Assembly (NCBI GenBank): GCA_016933575.1
Contig: JAFGAR010000101.1
Coordinates: forward strand, 32,001 to 96,000
Source: Candidatus Thorarchaeota archaeon
Lineage (GTDB): Archaea; Asgardarchaeota; Thorarchaeia; Thorarchaeales; Thorarchaeaceae
Length of the DNA stretch: 64,000 bases
Reading direction: 5' to 3'
Part shown: positions 10,886 through 23,900 of the stretch, piece after piece
Layout of the letters: every line of letters begins with the position of its first letter
How positions within the stretch are numbered: position 1 is the stretch's first letter
Made by a program: the position numbers and the translations under genes
Notes under the pieces: model-generated
What the model was told of the DNA's origin: nothing
What the model saw: only the letters and a program-made list of their open reading frames with translations
Databases searched by the model: none

Positions 10886-11728
10886 TTATTTTTGACAATG
10901 AGGACAAAAGAAGACCTGTCCTCCACCATGAGCTATCATTTCGATTTTTGCACCACACTCTGGACAATCTTTATCCTTCATGTTTGAGCCCATTACTGGA
11001 GTATGTCTTCCCGCTTCGCCATAGAGATTGGTCCAATTATCCTTTCCACCAGAGCAGATTCTAGCATTTAGAATGTCTTTCATTGCGTCGTAGACATTGT
11101 GTATGTCACTCTCTGAAAATGAAGATGTATTTCTCTTTGGATGAATTCTAGCCTTGAAAATGATCTCTTGAAATGCTGCATTACTTAAGCCTACAACAAT
11201 AGCTGTCTTACCAACAAGTGATGCCTTGATATTCTGATTTTTAGCAGAAAGCATCTCTTTGAACTTCTCAACAGTAAACTCTTGCTCACCAATAGGCGAC
11301 GGAGTATCAGAGAAATCTCGTTTCACAACATAGAGACTATCTACCTCGTTATCAGCAGCTGAATAGATGAGTCCCATACCTGTCTGCCTAATAGTGAGAT
11401 ACGATTTGTCAGTGAATTGTATCTTTAGATGATGTTTCTTTGGAAGTGTCTCTTCTGATGTGTGGTAGAGTATACTAGCGCCATAGTCTGGACCAAGAAC
11501 TAGATTCATCTTTTTATTCATCTGAATCCGAATCACGTTTCCTCGTTGATGAATTGACTTAACGCTACAATCAAGTAGGCGATCAAATTCTTTGATGTCT
11601 TTATTAAAAAACGTGAGCTTCTGAAGTTTCTCATAGTCCTTCATTTCACAGGCTTTGATTTTTTTGCCCACTATTGTATTATTTAATTGTTCAGCTAAAA
11701 TCATAGCTTCAGGTAATTCAACACTCAT
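10886..11728 (-). CDS. Fpg/Nei-family DNA glycosylase-like protein (H2TH + zinc finger), atypical catalytic residues
   Basis: N-terminal (M)SVELPEA, H2TH-like VGLSNAAFQEIIFKARIHP, C-terminal CPECG...FFCPHCQK. Confidence 0.85.
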   Translation of the reverse strand: MSVELPEAMILAEQLNNTIVGKKIKACEMKDYEKLQKLTFFNKDIKEFDRLLDCSVKSIHQRGNVIRIQMNKKMNLVLGPDYGASILYHTSEETLPKKHHLKIQFTDKSYLTIRQTGMGLIYSAADNEVDSLYVVKRDFSDTPSPIGEQEFTVEKFKEMLSAKNQNIKASLVGKTAIVVGLSNAAFQEIIFKARIHPKRNTSSFSESDIHNVYDAMKDILNARICSGGKDNWTNLYGEAGRHTPVMGSNMKDKDCPECGAKIEMIAHGGGQVFFCPHCQK

Positions 11729-11938
11729 CCTACTCATCTCCACGCGAATATAGATGTGCTTCTATTATCTAGCAAAAGGAATGATTCCTGATGAAGTTTC
11801 CGACATCAGAGGTGTGGTGTACTAATTTTTCCAATGAAACCCGACGAAATATGCATATAAATCAGACCCAAGTAAAATACCTATAATCTAAATTAGTAGC
11901 AGATTAGACCACATTAACACTATCGGGGACCTGTTATT

Positions 11939-14900
11939 TTGATTATCCATAGGATCGCGCTAAAATACGGACTGGCATCGATATTCATTCTACTATTTTT
12001 CATTAATGCACCCATGATATTGACTACTGGAGAAAACCATCAAAATTGGACTTCACCTCAACCAATCAATCCTGGTATGGCTATAGCTTCAGATGAAGTG
12101 GATTATGTTGATATCGCAACATCAGACATTGATAGTTCTCCTGATATTGGGTCTCACTCGGATTTTGTGAATCAACAAACAGGTCCTGATGCAGTTTATG
12201 ATACACTAAGTGAGATCAATGCTGATCCTGCTCCAACAAACACAGAGAATGATATTGACATAGAGGCTAGTAATGTGGATTCATCACCGGACTTGGGAGT
12301 TGAAGGCATTTTTGCAAATGCCCAAGGAACTTCTCTTGATTCCTCCTATCTTGGTATTCAGGAAGAGAGTATTTCTCAAGGCTATGGTGGTGAAACAGGT
12401 TCTGTTCTTGTCACGGGTTCTATACCAGATATGGCTGATAAAGACCAGTTTTGCCTATATCAAGCAATATTCTGGAATCCCACTGATACTATCTATCAAG
12501 TATCAAGAGTCGAATTCAATTATACTGGTAGCCAGTGGTTGAATGCCATCAGTCAAGGAAGTGGAGTATCTTACCCCATATCAGAATGGTACCTCTCAAA
12601 TAAACAAGTCGCCTATTGGGCTGGTTCTTCACCTATCAATGTCCAACCTCATACTGTACAATCATTCTATATCACAGGTGATTCGAACAGAATCAATTCA
12701 GGATTTTATATCGACATTCGAATCACAGCAAATTCAACAACCTATATTGAAACATATCATTCAGCTCAGTCAAATGGCAATAGACCAGCTGCACAACTCT
12801 GGTTAGGTTCAACTACACCACCAAATCAAATTCACTCAATATCACCAAGCACACAAACAACAGTATATGTAAGTGTAGAAGAGGCGGCCAATAAAGCTGA
12901 TATCCTATCTGGTGGAACTCTGACTATAGATGTACCGTTTGGTTTCACTAGTATTCAAGATATTGGTGGTACTGGTTGGGACTCTGCGTCGATTGTAGGC
13001 TCTCAAATCACTGTAAGCAATAATGTGCTTATTCGTGCTTCATACCTTACTTATGCCTTCAGAATTACTTCTCCAAGTACTCCAGGACTCTACAAGTTGG
13101 ACGTATCATTTACCGATGGTCTCTACGCAATGCCAATTGGTAATTTCACAATACATGTGACAGGTACGCCTGCAACGACCGAGAAGATAGACCTTGAGTA
13201 TCAATGGACTTCGGCAATGTACAGTGCGCCCAATGAAAAGGTGTGCATCTATATCGCATCTCACAGTGGTACTGAAACTCTCAATGCCAACTACTGGAAT
13301 GGATTTTCTTGGAATTCGCTTGGTTCTATTACATCGACTGGTTGGACGAATTTTACCGCTACAGGATTGACCACATCAACTTATACAATCCAATTGATTG
13401 GTAATTCTGAATCGAGTGATAGTTCAAAAGACACTTGGAATATAGATCTGATCACACTCCATACTTGGTCTACTCAGACCTATAACTACAAACTCGACCT
13501 AGAGGTTCAATGGTCTTCTGCAAACTACACACAAGCAAGCGAGGAGTTATGCATCTATACTGGTGATCTTGATAGTGAGAGTATTAGGGTCGATGTCTGG
13601 ACAGGTTCTGATTGGACCAATATTGCCACAGATTTGACAGCTAACACCTGGAATAATTTCAGCATTTCATCATGGCTGACTTCATCAATCTTTACAATTC
13701 GATTTAGAGGTGACATTGAGACAGGAGATCTAACACAATCTTCATGGGAGATAGATTGTTCATTGATTCATATATGGGACAACAGTGACCCTCAAAATAC
13801 AGCTTCGCCTGTGATATCAAATATTGATAGTGGTAATTACCTATACGCTGAATACCGTCAATACTTGGTAACTGCAAATGTAACTGATGCTGATGGTTTT
13901 GCTGATATTGATTATCTAGAGATGACACTCACTTCAAATGACCGACTAACAGAGTTCTGGACTGTCCGTTTTGATGAAGACACAAATTCGTTTAGCGAAG
14001 AGTCTGATCCTAATGGTTACATTGTATTAGATGTGGCATCATCAACTTACTCAAAAACTAGTAGCGAAATCAGTGCTTCATTTAATATCACAATAACTTG
14101 GGATCATCCTGATGTAACTAATGCTGATGTTAAATGCTCTGTCTACGATAGTAATCCTTCTTCAGATGTTGATTATTTTGAAGTGGATTGGAACATTGAA
14201 ACTCGACTTGATCTAAGTTCTGGCTTCTCACTCAATGACGGAAGTGGTACAACCAACAGAGGCGATATCGATGGTTCAATTATTGCCTCTGGAACAATAA
14301 TCTACCTTGGAAGCACTTTTCATCCAAAAGATGGCGAAATTGATGTCTGGATCTCTGAATCAGAATATGGTTCAGTGACAGGACCTTGGGAGGCAACTAA
14401 TTACGAGGAAAGTGGAGGTACGTTCGCTGTTACAGTTTATGCTGATGATACAGTGGGATTAGATACATTCACTGTCCTTGCTGTCAAAGAAGGAACTGGA
14501 CCTACAGGTGATAATAACTTCAATTCAAGTCAGACTGCGCAGTATATGGCTGATAGGGTCCAGGTGCAGTCTTTCTCAACTGATGATTCTCGAATAAATA
14601 CGAATAGTTCTGCAAGTCTTCACATTCTCCTCTATTATGACTATGACAATAGCTACGTGACCGATGGCACAGTCACAGTTAATGGATTAACAGCCACCTA
14701 TAGTGGTTCAAATGGCGTGTGGGACTTTAGCGATTCGCAGAACACCGCACAACAAGTGACGTACAATGCAGTGACATACTCTGACGGAGCTCACGGTTTA
14801 ACTGAGCTAGATATGAATGGGCAATCGATAGCACAAATTTGGGATAATATCAAAGTTGCTTCCTATTCAACCATTGATGCACACGTGGACATCAATTCCG

Positions 14901-17900
14901 ATGCTACAATTGATGTTACAATAATCTATGAATATGATGATGCTCCAGTCACAACTGGTACTGTTACAATCAATGGTATTTCTGCTACTCATCAGGGTGG
15001 CGGGGTTTGGCGAATCGTTCAAGCTGCTGGTTCTGTGCAGAGCGTCACCTATAATTCAGTTGCGTGCAGTGGGAATATATATGGTATCACACTTGTAGAT
15101 CAAAACGATAAATCCCAAGTTGTGGTATGGGATCGGGTTATTGTAGAGTCATATTCTGTAACTGATGAACGAGCTAATATCAATGATGTTGTGAATCTGA
15201 CAGTTTCGCTCAAATACGAATATGATAGTTCCTCTATCACAAGTGGTACAGTGACTATTAACTCACTTCCTGCAACGCACATTGGCAGTGGAATCTGGCA
15301 GATTTCAGTCTCAAAGAGTTCTGTTCAAAGTGTAACCTACAATCTAGTTGCGTGTTCTGGTAATACTTATGGTATCAGTGAAATCAATCAGAATTCTCAA
15401 TCGCAACTAATCATATGGGATCAGATAACTGTCCGGTCTTACTCGATATCAAATGGCAGAGTAAACATAGATGATAGTGTCAACATAGATGTCACACTTG
15501 AATACGAATACGATGACACTCCTGTGACTAGTGGTTCAGTTTCAATTAATGGTAACTCTGCGACACATCAAAGCGCAGGTGTCTGGCGATTGATTGATAC
15601 GAAATCTTCTTTGCAATCCATTACGTATAACACAGTCACCTGCTCTGGTAATGATTTCGATATAACCTCGGTAAATCAGAACTCACAGTCAGCCTCTGTG
15701 ATCTGGGATACCATAGTCGTCAGATCATATACTGTTGTCGATACTCGCGTAAACCTTGACGACTCTGTGAATATTGACATACTCCTTGAATACGAATATG
15801 ATGACTCTCTCGTCACAGATGGTTCAGTCACCATAAATACAATCGCGGCATCTTACGTTGGAAGTGGAATCTGGCGTATTACTGAATCTAAATCATCAGT
15901 ACAATCAATAACCTATGATTCAGTCATATGTTCCGGAAATGTTTATGAAATTACAGAGGTTAATCAAAACAGTCAGTCAATCGAAGTTATCTGGGATCAA
16001 GTTGTTGTGAGGTCCTATTCGGTACTCGATGCTCGAGTCAATATCATTACCTCTGTTGAGATCAATTTTACTTTGGAATACGAATTCGATAATTCACTTG
16101 TCACAGATGGAACAGTGACTCTGAATGGTATATCTGCAATACACCAAGAAGATGGAATATGGCAAATCACGCAGTCAAGAAGTTCAGTGCTGGGTGTGAC
16201 CTACAACAATGTACTATGTTCAGGTAATCTATATGGGATAAACGATGTTAATCAGAACTCCCAGAGTCAGCTGATAATCTGGGACCAGATTACTGTTAGA
16301 CAGTATGAAGTGACTGATGCTCGAGTCAATCTTGATGATAATGTCAACATCGAAGTCACGATCGAATACGAGTATGATGATTCTCCTGTCATAGATGGAA
16401 CAGTGACTATCAGTAGTTATAGTGCAACACATCAAGGGTCTGGAGTCTGGCGAATCACACAATCAAGAAGTTCAGTTCAGGGGATTACATATAATGCAGT
16501 AGTATGTTCTAGCAATATTCTTGGAATCACAAGTATCAATCAAAATGGTCAAAGTCAACTTGTCATTTGGGATCAAATCACAGTCCGAGGATATGAAGTA
16601 TCAGACTCGCGAGATAATGTGGGTGACAATATCATCGTCACAGTCGAGTTGGAATACGAGTATGATGATTCAGATGTTATCGATGGTGTAGTAACAATCA
16701 ACTCTGTATCATTTATCTACACAGGAACTTTGGGTAAATGGTCTGCATCTAGAATGCAATCTTCCGTCACAGATGAGACTTTTGATGCTGTGTCGGTAGC
16801 GAGCAATTCATTTGGAATTACTGATGTCAATCAAAATAGCAAGTCACAACTTATTATTTGGGACAGAATCCAAGTTGTTACAACCTCTGTTGATGATGCC
16901 CGAATAAACATTGGAGCCTACTGCGAAATCCGAGTGACATTGATACTTGAATATGATTCGACTCCTTTGGGATCTGGAGATATAGTGACGCTGAATGGAG
17001 CTTCTATGACATGGGATGCAAGTGATGCGAGATTTGAACTTGCACGTCAGAAAGCTACTGTCGGACGTTGGATATATTTTGTAAATAGCTCTCTTGAAAC
17101 GACATATGGAATCTCTAACATAAATCTCAATTCTCAACAGGTCAGTGTCATCTGGGATTCCATTCTGATACTGACTACTGTAGTTGATGATGCCAGAGTG
17201 AGTATCAATTCAAATGTTGAACTAAGAGTTACTGCACAACTAGCTTTTGATGGTCACCCTCTAGAATCTGGTGATTCTATTCTACTAGATAGCAGTTCGA
17301 TGACATGGGATGGTGTAAACAGCTGGTTCGAGTTGGCACGAAGCAAATCCAGTGTTGGCCTTTGGAACTTTCAGGTAGCCTCAGCATCAGAAACAACATA
17401 TGGAATAACAGCAGTAGATCTCAACGGTCAGAGTCAAGATGTTATCTGGGACCGTCTAAATATTAACATAGTTGCAGATATGGACTCAGTTCCGAATAAT
17501 ATTCAAGTCAACTTTACAATGACAGTTGCATTCGAATATGATCTTGTGGAAAGCACCTCTTACTCAGTTAGAGTCTATCGAGATAATATCTACTGGCATA
17601 CTTTTACCGAGCCAAATATCACCTCATTCTATGATAGTAATTCTGATGTGACTTACGCTTATAATGTAACAACAGTCAATTCAGAATCAATCTTCGGGAT
17701 TACAGTCTTTGTTTCAAATATTGAGACAGTTATCTGGGGCGGGTCAACAGCTGCTCCAGTGAATGATAATGTTCCAGTCTTAGTCAATCCAGATGATTCT
17801 AACTACATGTTTGCACGATTAAGATTCTACATTATTACATCGAATGTTTCTGATCTGCAGGGTTACTCTGATATTGATTTTGTCGAACTAAGCCTCTGGA

Positions 17901-20900
17901 ATAATGCACGTTCCTCAGAAATTTGGAGAATCCGATTTACTGAGTCCACTAACACATTCTCAATAGAGTCTGGCTCTGATTATATTGAACTTAGCACAGG
18001 ATCCTCCTATGTGAAATCAGGCAACAATCTCGATATCATATGGTTGATCAAGATTGATTGGGACCATCTTGACCTTTCAAATATTGATTTACGTCAATAT
18101 GTCATCGACAGCTCACTTCTCTCAGATACGAATTGGTATGAAGCTGACTGGAACATTGAAACACGTCTTGATTATTCAACCAATCCAATATTGTCTGATG
18201 ACCGTGGCGACCTGAATACTAATGATCTTGAATGTACAGGTATAGTTGTCTACCTTGGCTCACTTCTTCATCCCCTTGCGAATGAAACTGATGTCTGGGT
18301 ATTGCATGATATATCAGGATCTTGGTCTGGTATTCTAAATGCGACCGGTGGATTTGCAATCTCAAACATTGCATCATCATCCAGTGTCCGATTGAATACT
18401 TACACGATTAAGGTTGTAAATAGTGGTGATGGATTCAGCGGAACTGATCTCTACTACACTACAAGCAGAACTAACACATTCATCACTGACCGCATCGAGT
18501 TCTACCTCTCTGGGGTAGAAGATGAGCGTATCAATGTCAATAATACTGGTGTAGTCTGGTGGAGTGCACGATATGACTATGACAATGTAACAATTGTTAC
18601 TGGGCTAGTTGCACAGATGAACGGTTCAAAAGTACTGGGCTGGGATGCAGCTAATTCACAATGGTACTACGAAGAAGTGTCACAATCTATCGCTAAGATT
18701 GGTTATTCATTGTTTTCTGCTACAGAATCTGGATTTGGACTGACTGGCTGGACACAAACTGCAAGTGATGTTTTAATAATCTGGGATTTGATTGTAGTTC
18801 GTTCATATTCCGTAGTCAATACGCGGGTAAATATCAGTGATGTTGTTAGTATTGATGTGGTTCTTGAGTATGACTTCGATGATAGTTACGTTGAGGATGG
18901 TACCGTACTCATTAATTCAGTAGCAGCTTCCTATCAAGGATTAGGAATCTGGAGAATCTCACAGTCACAGAGTATTGTTGGAAGTATGACATACAATTCT
19001 GTAAGTTGTATTAACAATGGATACAACATCACCCTTGTGAACCAGAATTTGCAAAGCCAGTCTGTTATTTGGGATAGGATTCTAGTAGTATCATATGTCG
19101 TAACTGACAATCACATTAACGTTGATGATACTGTGAATATTGATGTGACCCTAGTTTTCGAGTATGACAGTTCTAGTGTGTTGACTGGTTCTGTTACCAT
19201 AGATGGAATCTCCGCAACTCACCAAGGTATTGGCGTATGGAGGATTATTGAGAGTAAGAGTTCGATACAGAGTATCACCTATGATACCGTCACGTGTACT
19301 GGTAATATCTTTGGCATTTCTGTTGTGAATCAAAACAGCCTGTTCACAACAGTCATTTGGGATCAGATTGTAGTACAATATTACACTGTCTTGGATACGC
19401 GAGTTAATGTTGATGATTCCGTTTCTATCGATGTCAAACTTGTATACGGGTATAGTGGTTCTGATGTAACAGATGGTTCTGTCTTTGTCAATGGATTGTC
19501 AGCCACTCATATCAGCAATGGCATATGGCGTTTCTCCGATTCCGAATCAGCTGTTCAAGATAACATATACAATTCCGTAATTTGTTCAGGTAATTTCTTT
19601 GGTTTAACCAACGTTGATCAGAATGGAAAGTCTGCCACAGTCATTTGGGACCGCATCATTGTTCAATCATATGATGTTGATGACAACCATGTCGATATCA
19701 ACACACTCGTCTATGTCAATGTCACTCTTGAATATGAATATGATAACTCTGCAGTCCTCAATGGAGTGGTCATAATTCAATCAACATCGGCAATACACAT
19801 TGGCAATGGTGTATGGCAAATAAGTATCACAAAGAGCTTCGTTCAAATGATCACCCTTGATACCATTCTCTGTTCTAGTAATTCCTATGGTATCACAAGT
19901 GTGAATCAAAATGCTCAGGACATATCAATCATCTGGGATAAAATCACAGTCCGTGGATATTCAGTGTCTGATATACGGATCAATGTGGATGATTATGCTC
20001 CTATAGATGTTGAACTTGAGTATGAATATGATGATTCAAGCGTGACCAATGGTGTAGTGACTATCAATGGAATTCCAGCAACTCATATTGGCGTAGGTAT
20101 CTGGAGAATCAATGAAACAAGCGGAAGTATTCAGGCACATATATACAATCTAGTAGTAAGTACTGGTAACCTCTACGGTATAACAGTAATAGATCAAAAC
20201 TTGCAATCCGTGACGATCATCTGGGATCAGATTATTGTCCGTTCGTACTTGGTATTAGATGAAAGAGTCAATCTTGGCACTGTTGTCAACATTGATATCA
20301 CGTTAGAATACGATTATGATAATACTGATGTAGAGACTGGACTCGTCACAATTAACGGGAATACTGCAGCATATCGTGGTTCTGGGGTATGGAGAATTTC
20401 AGTATCTGAATCAGTAGTGACCTCGAATACGTACAATGTAGTTATCTGCTCTGGTAATGCATATGATATAACAAATGTGAATCAGAATGGTAAATCGGTT
20501 GTAGTAATTTGGGACCAGATTACTGTTAGGTTTCTGACTGCATCTGACCCACACGATAATATTGGTTCTACAATTATAGTTTCTATTACTTTGGAATACG
20601 AATATGATGACTCGGATGTTACAGATGGCCTTGTTATCGTCAATTCGATTTCTTTCAGCTACACGGGTTCTAATGGTATCTGGTCTGCAAATCGGTTACA
20701 GAATTCAGTCACATCAGAGACCTTTGATGCTGTTGTAACATCTGGGAATACACATGGAATAACTGGTATCAATTTGAATGGTCAATCACTTGTGGTGATT
20801 TGGGACCGCATCCGAATATTGACAACATCTGTTGATGATTCAAGAGTCAATACTAATTCACCCGCAACAGTACTTGTGACAGCTGAACTGGAATATGATG

Positions 20901-23900
20901 GTCACCAACTATCTGCAGGCGATTCTCTCTTTCTCGATGATACGTTAATGGTCTGGGATGGTCCTAATAGCCGTTTCTTCCTCGATGTTACTCATTCTGT
21001 GGTTGGTCAATGGAAATACTATGTAAATGGCACAGGAGCTTTCGAATCAACATATGGCATTACTGCAATTGATACTCGCGGTTTGACTCGGAATGTGATC
21101 TGGGATGAGCTATCAATCACCATCACTCCCGATGAAACCTTAGTTCAAGATTTTGAGTCCGTCAGTTTCGCAATATATGTAGAATTTAGCTACGATTCAT
21201 CACAATGTACATCCTACATACTCGATATCAGTAGAAATGCCACATCCTGGCTATCTTTCAGCTATCCAAATAGGTCCTTGTTCATTGATGTCAATTCAAA
21301 TCTGATGTATAACTACAGTACGATGAATGTCGCAAGTGAGAGTATCTATGGTATCACAGTCTTTGTTGCAAACACTGTAGTAGTCACTTGGTCTACGCCT
21401 ACCAACTTTGCTCCAATTAATAATGCGGCACCAGTACTTCAGAATCCTGATGATACTAATGTCTTATACGCTAAACTAAGGACCTATAGTATCACATCCT
21501 CCATTCTCGACTATGATGGATTCTCCAATCTTGATTATGTGGAACTCTCTTTATGGGATAATACCAGAACGAGTGAAATTTGGCGACTTCGTTTTACTGT
21601 TTCAAATCATTCATTCTCTATCCAAACTGGTTCCAACTATCTGGAGATTTCATCTACGAGTGCATATTTGGAGAGTGGGTATCTCCTTAACATCACTTGG
21701 ATCATTAAGATTGACTGGGATCACCCGGATATTCAGAATGTAGATGTCAGGCAATATGCTCTGGATCAGTCTCTAGCCTCTGATAATGACTGGTATGAAT
21801 CTAATTGGAAGTTTGAAACTCGTTTAGATTACAGTACTGGCCCATACCTATCAGATGATCGTGGAGATGTCAATACTGCTGATCTTCAGGTATCCGGTAG
21901 TGTCGTTTATTATGGATCTCTATTGGTGCCCTTATCTAATGAAACAGACATATGGGTTATCCACGACTTTTCTGGTTCTTGGTCAAGTGATGTCAACGTT
22001 CTTGGAACTTTCTCGATTTCTGGAATTAGTTCATCTAACGTAGTTCGACTGAATACCTACACTTTCAAAATAGTGGTCAATGGAACTGGCCCTTCAAGTA
22101 CTGATCTGTTCTACACTGCTAGTCTAACTGGCACGTTCATCACTGACCAGATTGTGTTCTATATTTCGGGTGTTACTGACTCTCGAATCAACATCAATAC
22201 ACAATGTGATGTATGGTGGAAAGCGCGCTATCAGTACGATGGAACAGATGTGCAGAGTGGATTAATCGCTTATCTTAATGGTGCTTACCTTCTCTCATGG
22301 GACTCTGTAAATGCTAGATGGTATTACCAAGAATCTCGAAATACTGCTGTCCGCCGTGAGTATCAAGTCAGCAGTGCGACTGAAAGTGACTTTGGAATCA
22401 CATTATGGACACAGACAGCTCCTAATCAAGCAGTGATTTGGGATTCACTAATTGTTACAATAACTGATCCTATTGACCAACGAATCGATGTCAATACGAA
22501 CGCTTCTGGAATAATCGTGAGTGCAGTCTACAGATATGACATGACACCATTCGATGGTACAATTATTTTGAATAATTCAATATTCCAATATTCTAGTGTT
22601 CAGAGACAATATTATACAGTTGCATCAGTTTTTGGAGATGCCTATGGAATAACAACAATCTCCGTTAATGATATGACTTGGTGCATATGGGATCAAATTG
22701 AAGTAGTGTCAATTAGTACAAATATCACCTATCTTGACCCCTCCGAATTTGCTAGAGTCCAAATATACCTATGTTACGATTTTGATGACGCTCCGGTATT
22801 ATCAGGAATGTTCAGCCTTAAATTTGAAGAGCTCACCCATATTGGCGATGGAACTTGGGAGGTCAATGTCACAAGATCATCCTACCAGGCTGTTCATTTT
22901 GACAGCTTGACTACATGTAATGGTACTGTCTTTGGAATCTCAAGTTTCGATATGTATGGTAACTCCAGATCTGTCTATTGGGATCGCTTGGAGTTCTATG
23001 AGTCATCAACATCTGATTCCAGAATCAATATTGGTTCAACCGGCTTTATAATGTGGTCAGTGAAACTTCAAACTGCAGGTATCATAATAACCTCAGGACT
23101 AATAGCTGAAGTAAACGATGGATCGCCACTCGTTTACATTGATGGCTACTGGCGATCCTCTCACATCCTCTATACAGTTGGGGATGCCACATTCACGATA
23201 ATATCTGCTTCACTTGAGGGGATTGATTTCTTCACGAGAAGCACCTCTGATGTCACAGTTATTTGGGATAGAATCCGTGTAACAACAACCTCAGCGACAT
23301 CAACAAATCCCGAGATTGAGCAATATATCCAGATTCAAGCGACTCTTGTCTATGAATATGATAATACTCCTGTTGTAGATGGTGTTGTCAGTCTTTGGGA
23401 TCAAGAGGGACAGATATCTATGGTATACAATGTAACAGGTGGTTTCTGGTATGCCAATCTGACTAAGGTCGATGTTGGAAATTACAGCTTCTATATCAGC
23501 GCTGTGTCTGGTAATCAGTATGGGATTACTGAGATTGACCTAAATGGACATATTGTGACTGTTCAATTCGTACCACCTCTACTCCCACGCTTGACACCTA
23601 TGATGGCCTTCACACTATTCTCAGGATTTGGAGTCGTTCTTCTCGCTAGTGCTGTTTTGATCCGTAAGAAGTATCTCGTTAAGGTTCCTTATGAGATTAA
23701 ACAAATCAATCAAGCTCTAAAATCCATGGAAAAGAATGAGAAGGTTGAACCTCTTGATGTAAAAGATTTCGAGACTACAGTGTTCGCTGAATTAGAACCT
23801 GGTCTGATTGAATTGGACCTCAGCTTGGAAGAGATCCTAGGCAAAATCAGTGTTGACGAAACACAGGAGTACTCCTCTCTAGAAACTGAACTTGATCTAC

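Noticed and set aside
10875-10967. N-terminal extension of the 10362..10967 ORF
   Set aside because: It overlaps the Fpg-like gene, and ATG 10874 has a GGTGA RBS.
14551-23570. Repeats in the giant gene as a DNA-level repeat array or DGR target
   Set aside because: The copies are conserved at the protein level with heavy synonymous divergence; there is no reverse transcriptase or adenine-specific TR/VR pair in the window.
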